Assembly: GCA_963801865.1 (NCBI GenBank)
Contig: CAWDGY010000008.1
Coordinates: 30,440-94,439 of the forward strand
Length of the DNA stretch: 64,000 nt
Direction of reading: 5' to 3'
DNA from: an uncultured Gammaproteobacteria bacterium
GTDB taxonomy: Bacteria > Pseudomonadota > Gammaproteobacteria > Steroidobacterales > Steroidobacteraceae
Position numbers and translations under genes: made by a program. Below the pieces are notes generated by a model. It did no database searches. It was not told where the DNA came from and saw only the letters and a program-made list of their open reading frames with translations. Positions 19,877-27,715 of the stretch are shown in pieces (position 1 is the stretch's first letter; every line of letters begins with the position of its first letter).

Positions 19877-22363
19877 TCAAAACTTCATGCGAGCGGTGAG
19901 ACCGAATGTGCGAGGAGCGCCCAGAAACGCATCGATTTGGTCATATTGAAACGGCGCATCGAATGCAACCTGGTAATAGAATTTATCCGCGAGGTTTGCC
20001 CCCCACGCCTCGACCGCCCATCTGTCATCCGCTGCGCCGATGCCGATTCGCGCATTCAGCAACCCATAGGCCCCCTGAATCTTTCTTGGATCGAGATCGG
20101 ATCCGGTGTTGTAGGCCGAGTTGTACTTCTCGCTGACGCTGGTACGCAACGCCAGTGAGTTCGGGAGCGGCACCCGGTAGGTGGCCGACACCGCCCCCGA
20201 CCAGAGCGGCGCAAAGGAAAGGCGGTTGTTCAGTCGGGGTAGCGTCGGGTCGGCCTGATTCGGCGCGAACAGGTACAGTGAATTGCCGAACTCGGTAATG
20301 TCGGTGAGCGCATAGGTCACGCCTCCCGAAAAGCTCAACCCATTGAGCGGAGTCACCCAGTCCGTATCGATTTCGACGCCTTTGGATTCCACTCGAGGAA
20401 CCGAACTCACGACGAACAGGATGCCGGTGTAGGTGTTCAGCTGGAAATCCTTGTATTTTTGATCGAACACCGCCGCATTCACGCGCACGGTCCTGTCCGC
20501 GAGCGTGGTCTTGACCCCGAGTTCATAGGAATCGACGGTTTCCTCGGGGAACGACGTGTTGAGCACGGGTGCGAGAGGATTCGCCGCCGCTGGATTCGTC
20601 ACGCGGGCAAGGTTGAATCCGCCCGCCTTGTAGCCATCGGCAAAGGAGATGTACGTCATGACCTGGTCATTCAAGTGATAGGCCAGTTTGATCGTGCCCG
20701 ACACGTTGTTCTCGCTCAGCGATTGGCTATCGTTGAGCTTTGCGAAAAACGGATTGAAGACGACCGAGCACCCGTAGCCAAGGAGGAATTGGTATTCGGG
20801 ACTCGCCGGATTCAGTGCTCCGACTCCGGGGGACGTGAGCAGCGACCCGCAGCCGGCGCCGCCGTCGGTATCGACGTAGTGCGACGTCGCGTCCTTCTTT
20901 TCATGAGTGTACCGAAAACCGCCGGTAACATCGAAGGCGCTGCTAAGCGTGTAGGTCTCGTTGGTAAAGAACGCGTAGCTCTTCGAGGTCTGACGAAAAT
21001 AATCGCTGTATCCGGCCACGCCCGGTACGAACGTGCCGCCCGGTGGTTTTCCGCTAAATTCGGGGATCAAGAGGAAATTCGGTGGGCCGACCGATGCTGA
21101 GGACAATCCGCCCAGATATAGATCGAAGGATTTGCCGGCCCAGAGGGTCATGTTGGGCGTGAGGATTTCGTTCGCGAAGAACCCGCCCACCAGCCAGTTG
21201 AGCGGGCCTTGTTTGCCGGCCAATCGCAACTCTTCGCTGAATTGCTTGAAGTCGGTCGCGTTGCCCTGCGTAGCGGGCTCATACAAAATATCGATCGCCG
21301 TATAGTCGGTATCTTGGCCGGACACGATGGTGTTGTCGCGCCAGGCGGTGATCGAGGTGACTGTTGCGAAGCCCAGATTCCAGTCGATCTGTCCTGAGAA
21401 TCCGAAGTCGCGAATTTGCTGCACCCAGGGCTGGTTTGAATACCCTTGGTAGAAGCGATTGCCGGACGACGCAATGCCGATGGCACCGACTTGTCCCCCC
21501 AGTGCCGGAATCGACGCGAGCGCGTTCGTAATAGGGGCGAACGGCCCAAGAACCGTTGCGGCCGCCGCGCAGCACGCCTCATTGCGTTTCGAAAAATCGC
21601 CGATGAGCAGGATGTCGACATCATCGGTGGGTTTGATCAGATACTGCCCGCGCAGGGTGTAGGCGTTGCGATCGTTGGCGCGGTCGTTCGTGTTGGGACC
21701 CTGCCCGGTATCGATGTTCAACCAGCCGTCCCGTTTTTCATACTCAGCGTACAGGCGAGCGGCTGCTATGGAGCCAATCGGCCCGGTGACCGATGCGGAG
21801 ACTTCGCGCTCGTTGAAATTGCCGCCGGTGATCTCTGCCATGGCGCCGAACGTCATCGAGGGCCGCTTGGTGGTGATGTTGATGACCCCGGCGTCGTTAT
21901 TCTTGCCGAACAGCTCCCCTTGGGGCCCTTCCAGCACTTCGATCTGTTCGATTTCCCCTAAGTTGCCGAAACCGACGCCGTTGCGGGGACGATATACCCC
22001 GTCGATCACGATGCCGACCGAGGATTCCAATCCGGGGTTGTCGCCGACGGTACCGACGCCGCGGATACGCGCCGTGGTGGAATTCTCGTTCGTGGTCGAC
22101 GTCACCGTGAGACCGGGGGTCAACACCGTCAGGTTCTTGATGTCGGTGACCCCGGAATCCTGCAGTTGTTGCGCAGAAAGGGCGATTACGGAGATCGGCA
22201 CGTCCTGGATGTTCTGCGAGCGCTTCTGCGCCGTCACGATGATTTCCGCCAATCCAGGAGTGCTGGTCGCCTCTTGGGCGCGGCTCACGCCGCCCCCGAC
22301 CGCACAGAACATCGCCAACGCCAGAGACACAACCTGGCGCACAAATACGCTTGGATTTGTCAT
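19877..22363 (-). CDS. TonB-dependent outer-membrane receptor
   Basis: Signal peptide ending ...GGVSRAQE. Plug motif EIIVTAQKRSQNIQDVPISV. Long beta-barrel with alternating residues, ending in a terminal aromatic (..LTARMKF). Confidence 0.9.
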   Translation of the reverse strand: MTNPSVFVRQVVSLALAMFCAVGGGVSRAQEATSTPGLAEIIVTAQKRSQNIQDVPISVIALSAQQLQDSGVTDIKNLTVLTPGLTVTSTTNENSTTARIRGVGTVGDNPGLESSVGIVIDGVYRPRNGVGFGNLGEIEQIEVLEGPQGELFGKNNDAGVINITTKRPSMTFGAMAEITGGNFNEREVSASVTGPIGSIAAARLYAEYEKRDGWLNIDTGQGPNTNDRANDRNAYTLRGQYLIKPTDDVDILLIGDFSKRNEACCAAAATVLGPFAPITNALASIPALGGQVGAIGIASSGNRFYQGYSNQPWVQQIRDFGFSGQIDWNLGFATVTSITAWRDNTIVSGQDTDYTAIDILYEPATQGNATDFKQFSEELRLAGKQGPLNWLVGGFFANEILTPNMTLWAGKSFDLYLGGLSSASVGPPNFLLIPEFSGKPPGGTFVPGVAGYSDYFRQTSKSYAFFTNETYTLSSAFDVTGGFRYTHEKKDATSHYVDTDGGAGCGSLLTSPGVGALNPASPEYQFLLGYGCSVVFNPFFAKLNDSQSLSENNVSGTIKLAYHLNDQVMTYISFADGYKAGGFNLARVTNPAAANPLAPVLNTSFPEETVDSYELGVKTTLADRTVRVNAAVFDQKYKDFQLNTYTGILFVVSSVPRVESKGVEIDTDWVTPLNGLSFSGGVTYALTDITEFGNSLYLFAPNQADPTLPRLNNRLSFAPLWSGAVSATYRVPLPNSLALRTSVSEKYNSAYNTGSDLDPRKIQGAYGLLNARIGIGAADDRWAVEAWGANLADKFYYQVAFDAPFQYDQIDAFLGAPRTFGLTARMKF

Positions 22364-22567
22364 ACGTTTCCCCCATTGACGCCGATTCTTATAGGTAGTC
22401 GCGCTCGTCCGCTATCCTACGGAAAAACTCGCCTCAAAACGATCTTTCCCGCACAAGACGTGGTGTGTGAATTTTTACAAAGCCAAGGAGGTCCTGCGCT
22501 TCGCGATCTACCTTGACACGCACACTGATTCGTCGATGATCGGGCAAGGTGATCGCCTTTTAGCCGC

Positions 22568-22598
22568 AAGGAGCGCATTCATGAGACCAATCGCATGA
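22568..22598 (+). promoter_or_regulatory. Shine-Dalgarno plus 5-codon upstream ORF overlapping the downstream start (ATGA)
   Basis: AAGGAG (22568-22573) lies 7 nt before the ATG at 22581. atg aga cca atc gca tga encodes MRPIA*. Its TGA (22596-22598) overlaps the ATG (22595-22597) of the ferritin-like gene, which has no SD of its own. Confidence 0.35.
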
Positions 22599-23452
22599 GG
22601 GAATCGACTGCGATCCGCGTGGGCTCCGACGCCCATCGCGAACTGTTCTGTCGACAATTCATCGATAGCTATACCGACTACGATCCGGCTACTCTGCCCT
22701 GGCCGACGTTGTCCGACGCGGATCTTGCGCGGCTGAGCAGCGTGCCCTTTTGGCAGGAAGTCTTGCATACGGAGCGCCGTGCCGGGTTGATCGTCAGGGC
22801 ATTCGCGGAGACGGTCGACGAGCCCCTCGTACGCAGCGCCATCGACCTGCAGGGGCGCGAGGAGACGCGCCATGCGGACTTGTTGCGCGAAATGGTGCGA
22901 CGTTACCAGATCGTCGTCACGGAGCTGCCGCTCGAGCCGATTGCAGGCGATGTCGAATTGGCATTCAAGGATTTCGGATTCGGCGAATGTCTCGACTCAT
23001 TTCTCGGATTCGGGGCGTTTAAGCTCGCGAGGCAGTCGGCATTTCTACCGGAGAGCATGTTGTCGATTTTCGAGACGCTGATGTATGAGGAGACCCGCCA
23101 TATCGTCTTTTTCGTCAATTGGATGGCTTGGCATGCGGCTCGACAGGGGCAGGGGGCGGCATTGCGTCGAGCGCTGACCTCTCTGCGCTTCTACTACCGG
23201 GCCCTCCGGCGCATGCTCGGGGTGGTTCGCCGAGGACGGGAACTCGGCGATGGTCGCGATTTTTCAGCAACGCAAGCCAACCTATTTCTCCAGGATTTCA
23301 CGTTTCGGAAGTTTCTCGCGGACTGCTATGCCGAGAATAACCGACGCATGGGACACTTCGATGCCGATCTGCTCAGGCCGAGCTTCATGCCGGCTCTCGC
23401 CGGCATCGCTCTGTCGAGCCTTCGCGTGCTGAGTTTTGGCCGTGCTTCCTGA
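22595..23452 (+). CDS. Ferritin-like di-iron carboxylate protein (putative oxygenase/desaturase-like)
   Basis: Two ExxH-type motifs in helices about 90 aa apart: GREETRHADLL and MYEETRHIVFF. This spacing is characteristic of di-iron four-helix-bundle enzymes. The exact family is not resolved. Confidence 0.6.
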   Translation: MRESTAIRVGSDAHRELFCRQFIDSYTDYDPATLPWPTLSDADLARLSSVPFWQEVLHTERRAGLIVRAFAETVDEPLVRSAIDLQGREETRHADLLREMVRRYQIVVTELPLEPIAGDVELAFKDFGFGECLDSFLGFGAFKLARQSAFLPESMLSIFETLMYEETRHIVFFVNWMAWHAARQGQGAALRRALTSLRFYYRALRRMLGVVRRGRELGDGRDFSATQANLFLQDFTFRKFLADCYAENNRRMGHFDADLLRPSFMPALAGIALSSLRVLSFGRAS

Positions 23453-23647
23453 AGAACTCTGTTCGGTGCGCCGGAGAGCCCTCAAGCGGCCGGCTTGATG
23501 AATCGCAGCCGGCGGGGTCTTTGAACGAGTTCGCGGTCGCTACATAGAACGGCTATCATCCCACGCAGCAGATAACAGACCGGGATCCTCATCGACGCGA
23601 CTCTCCTCGAAGCGGGCAAGGTCACATCCCGCGGCAGCCTGCTGCGT

Positions 23648-24949
23648 GTGTTGGGTACGGCGTTTGCGCTCGCCGTTGCCATTGGCACGACCATGGGCGG
23701 CGGTATCCTCTATGCGCCGGGCAAGATCGCCGCGTTGTTGCCCAATCCATGGCTGTACATGACGGTGTGGATATTTGGTGCCGTCAATGCGCTGCTCGGC
23801 GCCACCGTATTCGCGGAACTCGGCGCGATGATCCCGCTGAGCGGTGGCCCCTATCCGTTCGCGCGGCGGGCGCTCGGTGACTATGCCGGCTTTTTTGTCG
23901 GCTATACGCAGTGGGCACTCGATTGCGCCGCCGACGCGGCTCTTCTGCTTCTGGTCGGCGAATACGCCTACGTCCTCGTGCCGGCGCTTGCCGGCCGTGC
24001 GATTGAGGTCGCCTTCGCGACGCTGGTGGTGCTGACCGCGCTGAATTGGCGCAGCGTGCGCCAGGGCGGCCGGATACAGATCATCATGACTGCGGCAAAG
24101 ACGCTTGCGCTCGGCGCGGTGATCGTGGCTGCGTTCGCGATACCGCATTCCCCGACTGCTTCCAGCGCGACGGTCTACGGTACGCCCAGTGGCGTCGCGT
24201 TGATCTCCGCCTTGATCCTCGCGATGCAAGGCGTGGTTTTCGCCTACGACAGCTATTACGTGCCGATCTTCTTCGGCGAAGAAGTGCATGATCCTGGGCG
24301 CGAGATCCCGCGCGCGATATTTCGCGGCCTCGTGGTGATCATCATCATGTACCTGCTGTTGAACGCGGCGTTTCTGTGGGTCGTGCCGATGGCTCGAATG
24401 GCGAATGAGCCGTTCGTCGGCGGGGTGGCCGCGCAGGTGCTTTTCGGTGCTCACGGCGATCAGATCATCCGCGTCATCGTGATTGTCTCGGTGCTCGGGA
24501 CCATCAACGCGGGAGTGCTCATGACCGCGCGCGTCTTGCTCGCGATGGCGCGCGACGGCCTGTTCGCGCATCAAGCCACCCGGGTCAATGAGGGCGGTAC
24601 TCCGACCGTGGCGCTGCTGCTGAGCAGCATCGCTACGGCCGCATTCCTCGTGTCCGGTACGTTCGGCGCAGTATTGGGCGTGATCGCCTTCTTGTTGGCA
24701 GTGAACTATCTGGTGATGTTCATCTCACTCATCGTGTTGAGAATCCGCGAACCGGATACGCCGCGGCCCTATCGGGCCTGGGGCTATCCCTGGACCACGG
24801 GCATCGCCATTCTGATCGGGCTCGTGTTCATCGTCGGCGTTGCGCTCAGCGATCCGCGCAACAGCTTGATCGCGCTGGCGATCCTGGTTGCGAGCTATCC
24901 GCTCTATCGGCGTAGCCGGCGGCTGTTCCTGCACCGGCAGCAGCTGTGA
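23648..24949 (+). CDS. APC-family amino acid/polyamine permease
   Basis: Twelve hydrophobic segments, with TM1 motif AIGTTMGGGILYAPG. GTG 23648 is the first canonical start. The conserved ..SLLRVLG.. lies partly upstream, where no ATG, GTG or TTG exists, so the N-terminus is uncertain. Confidence 0.8.
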   Translation: MLGTAFALAVAIGTTMGGGILYAPGKIAALLPNPWLYMTVWIFGAVNALLGATVFAELGAMIPLSGGPYPFARRALGDYAGFFVGYTQWALDCAADAALLLLVGEYAYVLVPALAGRAIEVAFATLVVLTALNWRSVRQGGRIQIIMTAAKTLALGAVIVAAFAIPHSPTASSATVYGTPSGVALISALILAMQGVVFAYDSYYVPIFFGEEVHDPGREIPRAIFRGLVVIIIMYLLLNAAFLWVVPMARMANEPFVGGVAAQVLFGAHGDQIIRVIVIVSVLGTINAGVLMTARVLLAMARDGLFAHQATRVNEGGTPTVALLLSSIATAAFLVSGTFGAVLGVIAFLLAVNYLVMFISLIVLRIREPDTPRPYRAWGYPWTTGIAILIGLVFIVGVALSDPRNSLIALAILVASYPLYRRSRRLFLHRQQL

Positions 24950-25027
24950 GTTCGTATGCGCTCTGCGCGGTGCTTGCATCGCGAAAGCGTGCTAATTTGT
25001 GCGCGATATGCCACCCGAGAACACCAT

Positions 25028-25255
25028 ATGACCACGATAAAAATCACCCACAACGGCCCGCTCCAGGTGGACGGAGCCGATGTTTCGCTCGTTGATTGGA
25101 ACGGGGCCGCCTATGCCATTGCGAAGCGGCCCTTCTACCTGTGCCGCTGCGGTGCCTCGACGAAGAAGCCCTTCTGCGACGGCACCCATTCGAAGATCGG
25201 ATTCAAAGCCGCCGAAGCGGCCGTGCCCGGGAGCGCCGACAAGCCCGCGCAGTGA
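25028..25255 (+). CDS. CDGSH iron-sulfur domain protein
   Basis: Start moved to the ATG at 25028 (MTTIKITHNGPLQV...). Signature CRCGASTKKPFCDGTH. Confidence 0.85.
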   Translation: MTTIKITHNGPLQVDGADVSLVDWNGAAYAIAKRPFYLCRCGASTKKPFCDGTHSKIGFKAAEAAVPGSADKPAQ

Positions 25256-25272
25256 CTCTAGCGGAACGCGTT

Positions 25273-25869
25273 TCAGGGCGAGTTCAGGGACGGCGGGTAT
25301 TGGGCAAATGCAGCCGCGGCATTGGCCTCGGCACGCTTGGCCGTCGTCTGCGGATTTTTGTCCAGCGTTTGCACCAGATAGGCGCGCCATGCCAGCTGTT
25401 TGCTGCTCGTATCGATGAGGTCGACGATCAAGGTACCTTCCTTGTAGTTGCGTACCTCAACCTCATCATAGGTGCGTCCCCATCGCCCATTCCAATAGGG
25501 ATCGTATCGGCCCCAGACCACCCGTTGTGGCATGCCCGATGAGGGCGCCGTCTGCACCGAGATCTTGTCCTTGGTTCCGACCCAGTACAGCACGACGAGG
25601 TCGGGCTTCGCGTCCTCCGATACCTCGCTGAGTCCTTTGGCTGCGAGTTGTGCGCCGATGATGCCCTTGATGCGTTTGTCGATCAGGGAATTTTCGAGAC
25701 TGCCCTGACCGGTGACATCCTTGCCGCCGGCCCAATAGTACGTGTGGTATCGGGTGAAGTCGGCCGAGGGGTCGAAGTCCGTGCGGACGTTGGTGTGCGT
25801 GCATCCCGCGGCCGCTGCGCCTGCAATCAGCAGCAAAAATAACCGTATATCTGCGCGAAGCATGACCAA
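25273..25869 (-). CDS. DUF4136-type lipoprotein
   Basis: Signal peptide with lipobox AAAAGC. DFDPSADFTRYHTYYW and the C-terminal ...QLAWRAY... pattern are typical of DUF4136. Confidence 0.65.
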   Translation of the reverse strand: MVMLRADIRLFLLLIAGAAAAGCTHTNVRTDFDPSADFTRYHTYYWAGGKDVTGQGSLENSLIDKRIKGIIGAQLAAKGLSEVSEDAKPDLVVLYWVGTKDKISVQTAPSSGMPQRVVWGRYDPYWNGRWGRTYDEVEVRNYKEGTLIVDLIDTSSKQLAWRAYLVQTLDKNPQTTAKRAEANAAAAFAQYPPSLNSP

Positions 25870-26103
25870 CTACTCCATCGATGATGGGCCCACCTCTCGA
25901 ATCTAGCGAAGCGTTTTCAGATAAGCAATGAGTTTAGGCGTGCGGGTAGACCGAGGCGACCACGGACAAGTTCTGCGCATCCCAATGCTGCAAACCGCAC
26001 GGGAACGAACATCCGCACTTACGGAATCGGCTGGCAATACCGCTGGGGCGCCGGGCTCCTGGGCTGCACCGGCGGGTTACCGCGAACCCTGCGGCAAGCA
26101 AGC

Positions 26104-26505
26104 TCAAGCCATCGACGTGACGTGTTCCGGCTGAATGCGGTAGATCACCCTCACCTCGTTCGCTTGACGGAACGGATACTTCTCCTTTCCCAGGTATTTT
26201 TTTGCCATGGCGTCGATGTGCTGGTCCGCGCCGGTGTGAGTGCGCTCGACGGCCTGACCGCGCACCTCCAGGTACTTGTACGGGTTGTCGGGGTCCAGAA
26301 TGGAAAGCGCGACGCGCCGGTCGCGTTGCAGATTCTTGTCCTTCTGGCGGCCCTCCGCGGTATTGATCAGCACGTGGCGTCCGTCGTAGTCGACCCATAC
26401 GGGGGTGACCTGAGGCTGACCATTCGGCATCAGTGTCGCCAGGTTGGCGAACGCCTTTTTCTTGAAGAGATCGACGTGGGATTCGGGGATGACTTGCGCG
26501 GGCAT
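26104..26505 (-). CDS. PPOX-class (pyridoxamine 5'-phosphate oxidase fold) F420/FMN-dependent protein
   Basis: Start moved to the ATG at 26505 (MPAQVIPESHVDLF...), behind a GAGGAA. AFANLATLMPNGQPQVTPVWVDYDGRHVLINT is typical of the family. The listed 278-aa ORF is an upstream extension that collides with the GlcG gene. Confidence 0.75.
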   Translation of the reverse strand: MPAQVIPESHVDLFKKKAFANLATLMPNGQPQVTPVWVDYDGRHVLINTAEGRQKDKNLQRDRRVALSILDPDNPYKYLEVRGQAVERTHTGADQHIDAMAKKYLGKEKYPFRQANEVRVIYRIQPEHVTSMA

Positions 26506-26626
26506 GGCGGCTTCCTCGGTATCAGGGGGGTAGGTCGAGAATACAACCAAGCCCGCGGGACCAACAAGTTGACGGTGGGCGCGGGAGCGCACATCGTGCC
26601 CGTTTTGCACCCGGAGAGGAAATGCG

Positions 26627-27163
26627 ATGCATATGCACACTCTGCCCCTGTTACTCGCCGTGACCGGGTTGTGCGCCGGTGCGGCGGGTAAGGTCCAAGC
26701 CCAAACCCCGCAACCCGTCAACCCGCTCGATGCCGTCCCCGACAGCATGCCCTTCGATGTCCCGTACGGCGCGCCGATCTCACTCGAGCGAGCCGAGGGC
26801 GCGATCGCAGCGGCCCTTGCCGAAGCGAAGAAGCACAACTGGAAACTCAATGTCGCGGTGGTCGATGCGGGTGGCAACTTGGTCGCGTTCGAGCGCATGG
26901 ATGGCGCGCAACTCGCCTCCATCGAGATCTCCCAGCACAAGGCTCGCGCCGCGGCGCGTTTCCGCCGCGAAACGCGGGTTTTCGAGGACAGCGTTCAGCT
27001 GAAGCAAAACTACTACGCCCTCACGCTCGACGGTGTAATTGCCTCGCGCGGCGGAATCCCGCTGATCGTCGGCGGAAAGCTGATCGGCGCCATCGGCTGC
27101 TCGGGGGGCACCGGATCCCAAGATGAGGTGGTGTGCAAGGCGGGCGCAGCCGGCGTCAAATGA
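26627..27163 (+). CDS. GlcG/HbpS-like (DUF336) haem-binding protein, secreted
   Basis: Signal peptide MHMHTLPLLLAVTGLCAGAAGKVQA. Family motif GGIPLIVGGKLIGAIGCSGGTGSQDE. Confidence 0.8.
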   Translation: MHMHTLPLLLAVTGLCAGAAGKVQAQTPQPVNPLDAVPDSMPFDVPYGAPISLERAEGAIAAALAEAKKHNWKLNVAVVDAGGNLVAFERMDGAQLASIEISQHKARAAARFRRETRVFEDSVQLKQNYYALTLDGVIASRGGIPLIVGGKLIGAIGCSGGTGSQDEVVCKAGAAGVK

Positions 27164-27261
27164 AGTCGCGGAGGGCGCGGCTCAGCCGCTCCGGCCGCCA
27201 TTGGCAATGGCCGCCGCCTTGAGTCTATGATACCCAAAAGGGCACGGGTACCGGGGGGTCT

Positions 27262-27639
27262 ATGCAGCAAGCAGTCCGCAAGTATCTCAAGGCTCTGGAA
27301 GCGGGCGACGTCGATAAAGCGGCGGCCTTGTTCACCGCCGATGGTTGGGTGAAGTCACCGTTCCTGGGGAAGATTCCGATACGCGACTACGTGAGCAAGG
27401 TGACCTCGGCCTCGGGTGCCAGCGAACTCACCGTGCACGATGTGCTCGTCAGCGCGGAAGGACACATGCGGGCCGTCGCCTACTACCTCTACGATTGGCG
27501 GCTGAAGGACGGCTCCCAGGTCGCGTTCGAATGCGCGGACGTGTTCAATTTCGATCCGCAGACCGGGCACATCGCCTCGATCGTGCTGGTCTACGACACG
27601 CACCTCGTACGCGACGTGGTCGATAAAAAATACCCGTAA
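27262..27639 (+). CDS. SnoaL-like / NTF2-fold protein
   Basis: 125 aa. N-terminal ...YLKALEAGDVDKAAALFTADG... is typical of the SnoaL_2 fold. Confidence 0.6.
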   Translation: MQQAVRKYLKALEAGDVDKAAALFTADGWVKSPFLGKIPIRDYVSKVTSASGASELTVHDVLVSAEGHMRAVAYYLYDWRLKDGSQVAFECADVFNFDPQTGHIASIVLVYDTHLVRDVVDKKYP

Positions 27640-27715
27640 TACCTTGGACGGAGTGTTCCGGCCAGGTCGCGCCACGTCCCGCCAGGCTGATGTGCGGCCA
27701 GGTCGCGGAGAGTTC

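Noticed and set aside
22364-22594. Riboswitch (for example cobalamin or other) upstream of the TonB-dependent receptor
   Set aside because: I could not recognise any conserved riboswitch core (no B12-box-like element or conserved helices) in the 230-bp region. A covariance-model scan would be needed to exclude one.
23540-24574. 344-aa ORF on the minus strand
   Set aside because: It is antisense to the APC permease. The highly charged His/Arg/Asp-rich sequence is incompatible with a folded protein.
25870-26103. 68-aa ORF (25928-26134) or a small RNA in the 234-bp gap
   Set aside because: The ORF has no SD or motif and overlaps the PPOX gene end. I found no clear promoter/terminator pair or structure that I can defend for an sRNA.
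26506-26940. N-terminal 145 aa of the listed 278-aa ORF 26104-26940
   Set aside because: The extension overlaps the oppositely oriented GlcG gene and has no PPOX similarity. A good SD precedes the internal ATG at 26505.
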